Assembly (NCBI GenBank): GCA_947494155.1
Contig: CANLTW010000007.1
Coordinates: 1 to 64,000, forward strand
Length of the DNA stretch: 64,000 bases
Reading direction: 5' to 3'
Source: Chlamydiota bacterium
GTDB lineage: Bacteria > Chlamydiota > Chlamydiia > Chlamydiales > RGXB01
Shown: piece by piece, positions 51,545-60,835 of the stretch
Position numbering within the stretch: the first letter of the stretch is position 1
How the letters are laid out: the number at the start of each line of letters is the position of its first letter
Notes under the pieces: generated by a model
Seen by the model: only the letters and a program-made list of their open reading frames with translations
Databases searched by the model: none
Told to the model about the DNA's origin: nothing
Program-made: the position numbers and the translations under genes

Positions 51545-52297
51545 TTAAGTTACCGGGGAGGATAGAAAATCCAATCCACAAATAGTGAAGTTTCGTGCAC
51601 TCATGGATCCGTTTTGTTTTTTGGCTCTTCGATAGGAGCAAAAATCGTTGTTTTCAGCGGTGCATAAAGGGGATATTTCGATATTGCTCTCTAAAAGACC
51701 TTGCGAAAGAAACTGCTCTTTTGCAATTGCTTTCAAGTCAAAATGGTGGGGAAAGACCTTTTTTCGGTGATAGACTTTCGGGATCTCGTTTCTATAGTTC
51801 TCAAAGGCGGCGTGTTTGAGGCCTAGGCTTGGTCCGAGAAAAGCTAAGAGGTCGGTGCTTTTAGAACCGAGCGAACACATTTTTTCTATTGTTTTTATGT
51901 AGATATTTCCAAAAAGGCCCCTCCAGCCTGCATGTACCGCGGCAAACCTTTTTTTTCGAAGGTCATAAATGAGAGTTGCCTGACAGTCGGCATGGGTGAG
52001 TGCGATCGCTACTTGAGGAATGTCTACAATAATACTATCTGCTGGGAAAGTTTGAGTAAGATCGAAGTCAAAATTTTTAAGGTGGTAGACAGTTGTGGAA
52101 TGGGAAAGCTGGAGTTTGATCAATCGAGAAAATCCCATCTGCTTTGCCCCCTCCTCGATACTTTTTTTCAGATTTTCAGACGCAAAAAGTTCTCGGTTTT
52201 TTTCTAAATTACCTGGATAAAAAACTTGCCCTTTAAACTCAGGATAAGAGGAAAAAAGGGTAGGGGTATATCGGGGTGTTTCTTCGTTTAAGCCCAT
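51545..52297 (-). CDS. YfiH/PgeF (laccase-domain, purine nucleoside phosphorylase) family
   Basis: QLSHS, THADC, AVHAGWRG, FLGPS, CT, FCSYRR; ATG at 52297 avoids overlap with the divergent gene. Confidence 0.9.
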   Translation of the reverse strand: MGLNEETPRYTPTLFSSYPEFKGQVFYPGNLEKNRELFASENLKKSIEEGAKQMGFSRLIKLQLSHSTTVYHLKNFDFDLTQTFPADSIIVDIPQVAIALTHADCQATLIYDLRKKRFAAVHAGWRGLFGNIYIKTIEKMCSLGSKSTDLLAFLGPSLGLKHAAFENYRNEIPKVYHRKKVFPHHFDLKAIAKEQFLSQGLLESNIEISPLCTAENNDFCSYRRAKKQNGSMSARNFTICGLDFLSSPVT

Positions 52298-52377
52298 TCT
52301 TTCATCATAAAGGGAAAACACTGATTTAAAAAAAGTTTTTTTGTACCATGATCCAAAATCATTTTTCAGGACAAAAC

Positions 52378-53574
52378 ATGAAAAATTTAGCTCAATTGTT
52401 TTTATTAATAGGGATCTTATTTTCACTAGAATCGACTGAAAGAAAAAAAATTGTTCTGAATATGATTTTAAAGAATGAAGAAAAAGTGATGGAAAGATCT
52501 CTCGGATCGGTCAAAGAGTTTATCGACTACTGGGTGATTGTCGATACGGGCTCCACCGATAAAACAATCGAAGTGATCCAAAAATTTTTCAAAGATAAAC
52601 CCGGGGAGTTGCACCAAAGACCTTGGGTCGATTTTGCCTATAACCGGCAAGAGGCGTTAGAGCTTGCCAAATCCAAAGGGGATTATATCCTATTCATGGA
52701 TGCCGATGATACCCTCACATTTGAGGAGGGGTTTGAACTGCCTGAGCTCAAACTCGATTTTTACGGAATTTTCAATAAAACGGCCCAGCAGCAATGGCTT
52801 ATACCCCGCCTGGTGAATGCCAAATTGCCCTGGAAATGGTTGGGCGTACTGCATGAATATATATGTTGCGACTTCCCAACAAGCGGAGATGTATTAAAGA
52901 AAATTTCTTACAATTATCTTGGGGGGGGAGCCAGATCTCAAGATCCTCTCAGGATTGAAAAAGATATTCAGGTGCTCAAGTCGGGTCTTGTCAAAGAGCC
53001 ACAAAATCGCAGATACCTCTACTATCTTGCCACGACCTGTGAAACGGGGAGAAGATGGGAGGAGGCGCTCAGTTGGTTCAAACAAAGAGCTCTTTATCCC
53101 CATGAGGGGGATCCCGATGAGGTGTTTTTGTCCCTGTATGGTATCGCAAGGTTGTACCAGCAATTGCATATGGATGAGAATCTGATCTTATCCAGCTTCA
53201 TGGAAGCTTATGCGTTTTTACCCACCCGAATCGAGCCGTTGTTTTATATTTTGCATATTTTATTGAATCAAAATCGGCTGGATGAGGGATACGATTTGGC
53301 CACAAAGGCGCTACTGCTGCCAAAGAGGGGAAATTTCCAGCTTACAGACCACTGGATAGAGGACTATGGAATTTTGGCAATTTACGCAGAAATCTGCTGT
53401 AAAAAAGGGTTGTTGAAGGAGTCTTTATGGGCGATGCAAGACCTTTTGGCTATAGAAAATCTGCCCGAGAGTTTACGTTCACAGGTGCAAGCGATGCGTA
53501 AACAAATTTTGGAAGTGAAAACGAAAGACATACAGGAACCGATCCTCGAAAAATTAAAAAAAATAATAGACTAG
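52378..53574 (+). CDS. GT2 glycosyltransferase with C-terminal TPR
   Basis: LNMILKNEE, IVDTGSTD, DFAYNR, MDADD, W.GVLHE; N-terminal hydrophobic segment. Confidence 0.9.
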   Translation: MKNLAQLFLLIGILFSLESTERKKIVLNMILKNEEKVMERSLGSVKEFIDYWVIVDTGSTDKTIEVIQKFFKDKPGELHQRPWVDFAYNRQEALELAKSKGDYILFMDADDTLTFEEGFELPELKLDFYGIFNKTAQQQWLIPRLVNAKLPWKWLGVLHEYICCDFPTSGDVLKKISYNYLGGGARSQDPLRIEKDIQVLKSGLVKEPQNRRYLYYLATTCETGRRWEEALSWFKQRALYPHEGDPDEVFLSLYGIARLYQQLHMDENLILSSFMEAYAFLPTRIEPLFYILHILLNQNRLDEGYDLATKALLLPKRGNFQLTDHWIEDYGILAIYAEICCKKGLLKESLWAMQDLLAIENLPESLRSQVQAMRKQILEVKTKDIQEPILEKLKKIID

Positions 53575-53670
53575 CGGTTTGGGGAAAAAAATCCGAAAAG
53601 GTATTCTCTATGTAAGCGAGGTATAGCTCTATCCTCATAATCCTTGGGTATGCTATTCTCTATCTCTTTT

Positions 53671-54705
53671 ATGTACACCAAACAAGACCATTTTTTAGGG
53701 CAGCTACTCGCCGCATCGATAGAGCTGATGGTGGGGGCTAAGGCGCTCATTCCCCATGCAGGGGGGTGCCCCTACGGATTTTATGCAGATGTCTACGCCC
53801 CATTTCTTCTTGGGGAGGGATATTTCGAGCCACTCAAAGAGCACATGATCCGTTTTTGCCAAAGCGACAGGATTTCCACCTTTACTATGGAAAAAAAGAA
53901 TGCCGAGGCGTTTTTAGAGCATAAGGGGAAAAAAAGGCTCAAAAAAAAGCTTGAAGAGATTTTAGAGAACCAGGTTTGTCTTGTTCAGATCGAAGACAGC
54001 ATGTTTATTTCAAAAGATAAAGAGCCCTCATGGGAAAATCTAGGGGATTTTTCCATCGATAAAATGGAGCTTTTGGATCGGGGAGGGGTGCGATTTTTTG
54101 GAAAAAGAAAAGGGGTTGCGTCTCAACAGAATTTTCACCTTGCGGGGTTAGGTGCTTTTGGAGATTGGTACCAGCAGGAGTTTTTGTGGAACCGCAAAGG
54201 GATAATCCTCAAAAAAAGGTGGAGAGAACTATTCGAAAAATTCCTTGAAAAAGAGGGTTTTGAGTGGATTGATGTGGGCGCTTTATCAAAAGATACGTTT
54301 AAAAAGGTAAAGCACCTAGGTTTTTTAAAACCCGTTCATTGGGTTGAAGAGAATACACTAACGGAACAAGACCCTTTTTTTGGATGGAAAGGGCTCAACC
54401 AGCGCACCCAAGACCGCTTTTTTTATCTTGTTGAAAATCAGAATGTTCGAGAGGCGATGACTTCATGCTTGCGTTTGATTGAAAAATGGACTAAAATTCT
54501 CGGAATCCGTGGAAATTTCACCGATAGCGATAGAGGGAGAGTTTCCTGGATGGTTCAAGATCCGTTTGGTGCTACCTTTGAGGGGCCCTATGTGGAGCGC
54601 CACCCTAGTGGATGTTTGACCGGATCAATTATGGGCCCGTTAGAATTACTGATTGCAATCCATGCAGAGGAGAAGTTCACCTGGAATCTAGAGAATCAAG
54701 AATAA
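53671..54705 (+). CDS. Degenerate threonyl-tRNA-synthetase-like protein
   Basis: Collinear eroded ThrRS motifs (see findings); occupies the thrS position upstream of infC; ATG at 53671 (track start TTG 53644). Confidence 0.7.
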   Translation: MYTKQDHFLGQLLAASIELMVGAKALIPHAGGCPYGFYADVYAPFLLGEGYFEPLKEHMIRFCQSDRISTFTMEKKNAEAFLEHKGKKRLKKKLEEILENQVCLVQIEDSMFISKDKEPSWENLGDFSIDKMELLDRGGVRFFGKRKGVASQQNFHLAGLGAFGDWYQQEFLWNRKGIILKKRWRELFEKFLEKEGFEWIDVGALSKDTFKKVKHLGFLKPVHWVEENTLTEQDPFFGWKGLNQRTQDRFFYLVENQNVREAMTSCLRLIEKWTKILGIRGNFTDSDRGRVSWMVQDPFGATFEGPYVERHPSGCLTGSIMGPLELLIAIHAEEKFTWNLENQE

Positions 54706-55223
54706 ACGAGCAAATCCGCGTTTCACAAGTCCGCTTGATTGATGAACACGGCGAGCAGCTCGGAATTGTACCGACCTACGATGCTAGACGTCAGGCGCAG
54801 GAGAAAGGGCTCGATCTAGTTGAGATCGCCCCCCAAGCGCAGCCCCCTGTATGCAAGATCATGAACTACGGTAAATTCCGCTATTCAAAAGAGAAGCAAG
54901 AAAAAAAGAATCGGAAAGCGCAGATAAAAGTCAAAGAGCTGAAATTGCGCCCCGGTATTGCTGACAATGACATCATGATCAAAGTCTCTCATGCAAAAGA
55001 ATTTTTGTCAGAGGGGAACAAAGTCAAAGTTACCTGTATGTTCCGTGGCCGTGAAATGGCGCATACAGAAATCGGTGAAGCCGCTATGCAGCGCTTTGTC
55101 GATGAATTAAAAGATTTCGCAACGGTAGAAATACCGCCGAAAATGACGGGTAGGAGCTTATGCCTAGTGCTTGCGCCCGCAAAACAAACAAAAGGAGACG
55201 ACCGTGCCAAAAATGAAAACTAG
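54681..55223 (+). CDS. infC: Translation initiation factor IF-3 (probable CUG start)
   Basis: [37 protein letters not shown]. Confidence 0.95.
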   Translation: MESRESRINEQIRVSQVRLIDEHGEQLGIVPTYDARRQAQEKGLDLVEIAPQAQPPVCKIMNYGKFRYSKEKQEKKNRKAQIKVKELKLRPGIADNDIMIKVSHAKEFLSEGNKVKVTCMFRGREMAHTEIGEAAMQRFVDELKDFATVEIPPKMTGRSLCLVLAPAKQTKGDDRAKNEN

Positions 55224-55398
55224 GAAGGCATATGCCAAGCGTTTCAAATTGACCGCTACCGGTAAATTGAAGCGCACCAGACCAGGTAGAAGACACATTC
55301 TTACTAAGAAGTCCTCTAAACGCAAGAGATCTTTAGCGACACCTGCATTGGTGGATAAGGGTCAATTGAAGACATACAAAAAATTGATGTGCGTGTAG
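55204..55398 (+). CDS. rpmI: 50S ribosomal protein L35
   Basis: [28 protein letters not shown] start after AAGGAG. Confidence 0.97.
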   Translation: MPKMKTRKAYAKRFKLTATGKLKRTRPGRRHILTKKSSKRKRSLATPALVDKGQLKTYKKLMCV

Positions 55399-55408
55399 GA
55401 GGGTACTA

Positions 55409-55768
55409 ATGAGAGCAACGAATGCTGTCTACAGCCGTAGACGTAAAAAACGCTTGTTAAAAGCTTGTAAGGGTTACTTCGGTGATCGTAAGAACCACTA
55501 CAGAAACGCGAAAAATGCACGCATGAAAGCGATGTATTACGCTTACCACCACCGCTTGATCAAGAAAAGATCTTTCCGCCGCCTTTGGATTGTACGTATC
55601 AATGTAGCAGCCCGTCTTTATGCCGGTCTTTCCTACTCTGCGTTCATCCATGGACTGAAGAAAGCTTCCATCGATTTAGACAGAAAAGTATTGGCTTTCC
55701 TCGCTGTTGAGGATCCACAGGCGTTCCAACAGATCGCACTGCAAGCTAAAGCTGCGCTAGTAGCTTAA
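55409..55768 (+). CDS. rplT: 50S ribosomal protein L20
   Basis: [26 protein letters not shown]. Confidence 0.97.
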   Translation: MRATNAVYSRRRKKRLLKACKGYFGDRKNHYRNAKNARMKAMYYAYHHRLIKKRSFRRLWIVRINVAARLYAGLSYSAFIHGLKKASIDLDRKVLAFLAVEDPQAFQQIALQAKAALVA

Positions 55769-55804
55769 ACTCGAGTTGTTTTTAACGAACGGAAATTTTT
55801 TCCT

Positions 55805-56836
55805 ATGATGACTGACAAACCCTTTGATCTTCACTCTTTAAAAAAAGAGTTTCACAAAAGACTTCACCAAGCCGAAAGCTTGGAGGGGTTAGAAGAGATA
55901 AGGGTTTGTTATTTTGGGAAAAAAGGGGTTATCCAGGATCTGATGGGAACCTTACGTTCTGCTCCTAAAGAGAAAATTCCCCAGCTCGGAAAAGAGATCA
56001 ATCTTTTCAAAGAAGAGCTTACCCAGGAGCTTGAAACCAAAAAACGAGATGTAGAAGAGCGTCTTCTTTCTTTAAGTATGGAAAAAGAAAAGTTTGACGT
56101 TACCCTTCCTGGTAGGTTCCGCCCAAGAGCGCATAGCCATCCAGTGCTCGATTTGATCGAGAAAATGACCGATATTCTCCGCTCGTTGGGTCTTAAAGAG
56201 GTCCATTCGAATGAGATTGAGGCAGAAGAGGTCAATTTTGATCTTTTAAATTTTCCGGCAGACCATCCGGCTAAAGACATGCAGGATACTTTTTATCTTA
56301 ATGACAGCATGCTTTTGAGAACCCATACGACAACTTTTCAAGTCCCTATGATGCGTCGAAGCCAACCTCCGATGGCCCTTTTTTGTGCCGGAAGGGTATT
56401 TCGGAACGAAGAGGTGACATCTAGATCCCATCAACAATTCAGTCAAATTGACGCCTTCCATTTAGGAAAAGGGGTGAGTTTGGCAGATTTGCACTCTCTA
56501 TTAAAGTTGTTTTATCGCCGATTATTTGGGGATAATGTGGTTTTAAGATGTAGAAAAAGCTACTTCCCATTTACTGAACCCAGTGTAGAAATTGATATCA
56601 GCTGTATCCGCTGTGGGCAAAAAGGGTGTCCTATTTGCAAGCATACCGGTTGGCTTGAAGTTGCAGGTGCAGGGATGATCCATCCAAATGTGATTCAAGC
56701 GGGTGGTCATGATCCTGAAATTTACACAGGCTGGGCATTTGGCATGGGAGTTGACCGCACCTTGATGCTTTATCATAACATCCCAGACATTCGGATGCTT
56801 TGGGAATCTGATGCCCGTTTCCTTCGACAATTTTAA
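55805..56836 (+). CDS. pheS: Phenylalanyl-tRNA synthetase alpha subunit
   Basis: HPAKDMQDTFY, LLRTHT, YFPFTEPS, GWLEVAGAGMIHP. Confidence 0.98.
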   Translation: MMTDKPFDLHSLKKEFHKRLHQAESLEGLEEIRVCYFGKKGVIQDLMGTLRSAPKEKIPQLGKEINLFKEELTQELETKKRDVEERLLSLSMEKEKFDVTLPGRFRPRAHSHPVLDLIEKMTDILRSLGLKEVHSNEIEAEEVNFDLLNFPADHPAKDMQDTFYLNDSMLLRTHTTTFQVPMMRRSQPPMALFCAGRVFRNEEVTSRSHQQFSQIDAFHLGKGVSLADLHSLLKLFYRRLFGDNVVLRCRKSYFPFTEPSVEIDISCIRCGQKGCPICKHTGWLEVAGAGMIHPNVIQAGGHDPEIYTGWAFGMGVDRTLMLYHNIPDIRMLWESDARFLRQF

Positions 56837-56863
56837 AAAAAGCTTCTCCTGAAACCTTTAAAA

Positions 56864-57769
56864 TCAACCCCAGATCAATCTGTGTCGCACAGGATCGAAG
56901 GCTTTATTTGAGGCCTCGATTTGGATATTGTGAGACTCCTGACCCTCTCTAAAGTCGATAGTTTCACAATAGTGGTAAAGAGGGATAGGCATGTCAGCCG
57001 GCTCTTTTTTGACGGGTGTCACAAGAACATATTCCGATTCTTTTTCAATGCTAACACCATTTTGGTACACGTGCCATTTTACAATGCACAGATGGGGTAA
57101 GTCGCTCAATACTTTTTGGGGCGGACTTGCAAGATCTAGAACATGGATCACGTTTTCTTCCCCATCGGGATTAACAGCCATATGGGCAAACGAGGAGATT
57201 AAAGAGTTTGAGAGAAGCTCGAGCCTATCGACCGGATTGGGTATTTGCTTTAAAAGATTTAAAAGCATCTCTTGAGAAAATATTTCGTGTTCATTGATTT
57301 GAAGCGCTAAAAACCCTTTTTGAACCCTGTAAAGCACCTCATTAATCAGATCGATTTCATTTTGACCGAAGGGGAGGGGGTTGACCTGAAAATAGGGCTC
57401 CTCTTGCTCTTTTTTTAGCGCTGCAGGTTCTTGAGTGTGTACCTCATTTCCGAAAATATCTTTCAACACCTCTTGCACCTGATTTTTGAATTCCTCCTCT
57501 TCCTTTAAAGACATAGGGGGGGTGGGGTGCGTGTTTGAGGGGTGTTTAGGCATAGAATTTTCCCTTTCAAGGGCCCTTTGTTCGTGCTTAAAGCCCTCTT
57601 TAAGGTGGGGGTTGGGTATGTTGTTTTTTTGTAAAATACCTAAAGAAACTTGAGAACCTTTCGACGAAAGTTTCGTAATAACAGATTCCTTTGAAAGTAG
57701 TTGAAAGCGATTTTGCCCCTCTGGAGGGTACTTTTCGGGTGGTTGAGGGAGATTGGGGTTGATTTCCAT
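56864..57769 (-). CDS. Hypothetical protein (Pro-rich N-terminus)
   Basis: 301-aa ORF; no recognised motif. Confidence 0.65.
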   Translation of the reverse strand: MEINPNLPQPPEKYPPEGQNRFQLLSKESVITKLSSKGSQVSLGILQKNNIPNPHLKEGFKHEQRALERENSMPKHPSNTHPTPPMSLKEEEEFKNQVQEVLKDIFGNEVHTQEPAALKKEQEEPYFQVNPLPFGQNEIDLINEVLYRVQKGFLALQINEHEIFSQEMLLNLLKQIPNPVDRLELLSNSLISSFAHMAVNPDGEENVIHVLDLASPPQKVLSDLPHLCIVKWHVYQNGVSIEKESEYVLVTPVKKEPADMPIPLYHYCETIDFREGQESHNIQIEASNKAFDPVRHRLIWG

Positions 57770-57774
57770 AGATG

Positions 57775-58341
57775 TTAACCTGTTCCTTTAATTTCTATCG
57801 AGCTCGGATTAGTAGGAGAGCTAGCACTTGCTTTTATTGCTACAGCTATACGACGAAAAGAGGCGTTCTCCTCTTTTATTTTCCAATCGACTAGAACCGG
57901 TTTATGTAGGGTATGGTGCAGATTTTCTAAAGAGTACGATTCCATGTTGAGCGTTTGATCGTACGCGTCATAGAAAAAAGTGGCGTGTAAAACCGCCTCT
58001 TGTGTCTCTAAAGAAAAATTTTTGAAGGGCGATTTCATCAAATCCTCCACCTGTTGGCCATTCAGTTTTAAAACAATCGCTTTTGATTGGATCAATTGGT
58101 TAAGTATTTTGATTTGTTGCTCTAAAGGCAAGTGGGTCTGTTTCCCCCTAAGATCCTCTAAAATGCGTTTAAGAGCATTTTTATAGGTGAGGAGCTCTTT
58201 TTTTGACATTGTGCCGACTGAAGAATCCCTGATACTTGCAAGCAGATGGGTAGTTGGGTCAAAAGATTTAGCCTCTTTCGTTTTGGAAAAATGGGGTTCT
58301 TGAGGGGAGGGGCGGCCTCTTCTATCAATAGGTGCACTCAT
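57775..58341 (-). CDS. Hypothetical protein
   Basis: 188-aa ORF ending 5 nt before the next gene's start. Confidence 0.6.
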   Translation of the reverse strand: MSAPIDRRGRPSPQEPHFSKTKEAKSFDPTTHLLASIRDSSVGTMSKKELLTYKNALKRILEDLRGKQTHLPLEQQIKILNQLIQSKAIVLKLNGQQVEDLMKSPFKNFSLETQEAVLHATFFYDAYDQTLNMESYSLENLHHTLHKPVLVDWKIKEENASFRRIAVAIKASASSPTNPSSIEIKGTG

Positions 58342-58564
58342 ATCTTATCTATAACCTCCCGTTAAATAAATAAAAATATTTATTTTTATTGGTTGAATTT
58401 GATGGAGTTAGGGAAAAAAGGGGATGCACCCAGATTTTTTTAGACAAAACTTAGGAGCCTAAGGGGAATAAACAGAGAGTTATAAGATAAAACATGTTGA
58501 TAAAAAGGGACTTAGAATGATACACTCTTGTACATAGTTTCCCGCTAAAACTACCAGTCCTAAT

Positions 58565-58649
58565 GGAGGGATGGCAGAGCGGTCGATTGCGGCGGTCTTG
58601 AAAACCGTTGAAGGGCAACCTTCCGGGGGTTCGAATCCCTCTCCCTCCG
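58565..58649 (+). tRNA. tRNA-Ser(TGA)
   Basis: Acceptor stem GGAGGGA/TCCCTCC; anticodon loop CTTGAAA; long variable arm; T-loop TTCGAAT; promoter TTGATA-N18-TACACT at 58497-58526. Confidence 0.97.
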
Positions 58650-58698
58650 TTTTTCCCCCCTTTACCCTAAAAACAATGACAATTATTTTTTTGGTTTC

Positions 58699-58727
58699 TT
58701 GTCAATTATCTATTGGCGGACTATAAT
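58699..58727 (+). promoter_or_regulatory. Near-consensus sigma66 promoter
   Basis: TTGTCA-N17-TATAAT. Confidence 0.8.
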
Positions 58728-58756
58728 ATTTGTAATTTTACAATTTAGAGATCGTT

Positions 58757-59881
58757 ATGACAGCCCCTATAACTGCCTTACCCTCGCCGTGTTTATTTGA
58801 TTTGTTGCCTGATGACGCCCTTCTTCACATAATGGATAGAATAGACCACCCTTCCCCAGGATTGGCTTCTACGGTAAAAGGGGGTACGTTGCCCAACTTT
58901 GCACTTTCCTCAAAAAGAACGTATCAGATTTTTCAAGACACATTGCAGGCAAAAGATTCCCAAGAGCGCAAATTGCCTAGAGGGATTGAATGGGAACGGA
59001 CGATGGCAAAAAGCTTTTTGAAAAGGGGGGGCGATTTCAAAACGCTTGCTCCATGGCTCCAATCCGACCCTCTCACTGTCATTGAAGCAATTAGGCATGG
59101 ACAGCTATCTTGGCAAAATTGGGAAACTCTCGACTTTAGTTTAAAAACCGATCCAGAATTCGTTTTACGTCAACTTTTTTCTCAACAACTGAATTTACGT
59201 GATCTAGGTGCTCAATCATCGAAGGCTGAATTAATGGCTCTCTTTGGTTTAAAAGACGGGGAGAAGATTACACCACAACGTTTGCAATCTATGCCTTTGA
59301 GTCGATTTAAAATCGCTATTTTATACTCGATTCATCAAGTTCACGAGGTCTATGATCTATACCCTGTGACGTATAGCTCGCACTTAAATCGTTTTCTGGA
59401 TGAACTTTTTTCTCGGCAGGATTTTGATTTTTCAAGTGAATTCTTCAGAATTCTTTGGGATATAAACCCTCGATTAGGTACCCTTTTTCCGGATAAAGAG
59501 CCCGTTATAAGAAATATTGTTTCAGTTTTTCCCCGTTTTTATCAGGAGCTCAACAAAAGCTGGATTAGAACCCCATCTATAGCTTTAGCCGCAATTGGGC
59601 ACAACCATAACTATCTTCTCGATGTGGGCTCTTGTAACCTAAATGATGAGGATTTTCTGCTGGATGCGATCCAAGCAAATAAACTTTCTATAGCCCATAT
59701 CGACATCAAAAAAAGAAATGATTTTAATTTTATGCTCAACGCCTGTCAAGTAAATGACCTTTGTTTCCGTTATATCGGGATGGAGCTGGAAAAAAATCGT
59801 CAATTTTTAGATGCCGTAGACCCATTTATCACCAATCCAGATATGCGAACTAAGCTCGGAAACAAAAAAACACGTTGTTAG
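58757..59881 (+). CDS. F-box-like plus DUF4116-like repeat protein (effector candidate)
   Basis: N-terminal FDLLPDDALLHIMDRI; repeats of the type L..D.EF.L.A...N. Confidence 0.65.
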   Translation: MTAPITALPSPCLFDLLPDDALLHIMDRIDHPSPGLASTVKGGTLPNFALSSKRTYQIFQDTLQAKDSQERKLPRGIEWERTMAKSFLKRGGDFKTLAPWLQSDPLTVIEAIRHGQLSWQNWETLDFSLKTDPEFVLRQLFSQQLNLRDLGAQSSKAELMALFGLKDGEKITPQRLQSMPLSRFKIAILYSIHQVHEVYDLYPVTYSSHLNRFLDELFSRQDFDFSSEFFRILWDINPRLGTLFPDKEPVIRNIVSVFPRFYQELNKSWIRTPSIALAAIGHNHNYLLDVGSCNLNDEDFLLDAIQANKLSIAHIDIKKRNDFNFMLNACQVNDLCFRYIGMELEKNRQFLDAVDPFITNPDMRTKLGNKKTRC

Positions 59882-59908
59882 GTGCAAGAATTTCTGAATA
59901 AAAGGGGG

Positions 59909-60646
59909 TTAGCCCCCTTTTTTGATGCGACTAAGTCCACCGTCAATCGCTAAAATTTGCCCTGTTACCCAATCATTTTGGGGATCAAGGAAAAATTCTA
60001 CTGCAGCCGCAATATCTTTGGGCTCCCCTAAACGACCAATAGGGTGCATTTTTTCAGAGATATGCAGTGATTCACTATTCTTAAAAAGATGTTCTGTCAT
60101 GCTGGTGCGTGTGAGCCCAGGGGCTACCGCATTTACGCGGATCTTTTTTGCGGCATAGGTTGCAGCTGAGGAGAAAGTAAGCGCATTTATCCCCCCTTTG
60201 GCAGCCGCAATCGCCTCATGGAAAGGGAGGCCCTCAAGACTTGCCGCTGAGGATAAAAGCACAATACTTCCCCCCTGATCCATAACAGTGCAAGCGGCTC
60301 TAACAAGGGCAAAAGCACTTGTGAGCGATGCTTCTATTGTTTTTTGGTACTCCTCAAACGTTGTGGAGTGGGCCCCTTTTAAAAGCAAAGAACCCGAAAA
60401 ATTCACCGCCCCGTCCAAGCCTCCCATTTTTGCCTTCGCCTCTTGTGCCACCTTGAGCACCCCATCAAAATTAGCAGGATCGATTATGGCGTATGGTGCA
60501 TGCGTCAGCTCCAAAAGAGGGGCTATTTTTTCTTCGCTTCTCGAGGTGAGAAAAAGTTCATGACCTTTTTGGTGCAGTCTTTTTGCGACTTCGGTTCCGA
60601 TGCTGCTTGTAGCCGAGATCAATAGGTAACGAGCCATACTATCCAT
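59909..60646 (-). CDS. SDR family oxidoreductase
   Basis: ISATSSIG, IAAAKGG (catalytic Tyr absent), IRVNAVAPG, WVTGQILAIDGG. Confidence 0.92.
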   Translation of the reverse strand: MDSMARYLLISATSSIGTEVAKRLHQKGHELFLTSRSEEKIAPLLELTHAPYAIIDPANFDGVLKVAQEAKAKMGGLDGAVNFSGSLLLKGAHSTTFEEYQKTIEASLTSAFALVRAACTVMDQGGSIVLLSSAASLEGLPFHEAIAAAKGGINALTFSSAATYAAKKIRVNAVAPGLTRTSMTEHLFKNSESLHISEKMHPIGRLGEPKDIAAAVEFFLDPQNDWVTGQILAIDGGLSRIKKGG

Positions 60647-60766
60647 TTTTTTGGGTACTATCCCTTTTTAGCTAACAAAAAAGGTTAAATCTTTAAAGGA
60701 TATTCGCTATATGTTAAAATAATTTATCAAAATAGGCCCCCAGGGGCTTTAACCAAGGGAGTTATT

Positions 60767-60835
60767 ATGCTGTTTTATGCCGGTATGTTAGCGGGATGTA
60801 TCTTTCTCATTCAAAAGATTTTAAGGTCAAGATAG
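60767..60835 (+). CDS. Putative 22-aa membrane peptide
   Basis: MLFYAGMLAGCIFLIQKILRSR; AAGGGAG RBS; extended -10 TGTTAAAAT at 60712-60720. Confidence 0.45.
   Translation: MLFYAGMLAGCIFLIQKILRSR

Noticed and set aside
48294..53574. Integrative element at tRNA-Val (and at tRNA-Ser)
   Set aside because: No integrase and no duplicated tRNA 3' end seen; only accessory-looking genes
55805..56836. pheS not followed by pheT
   Set aside because: The separation is usual in chlamydiae
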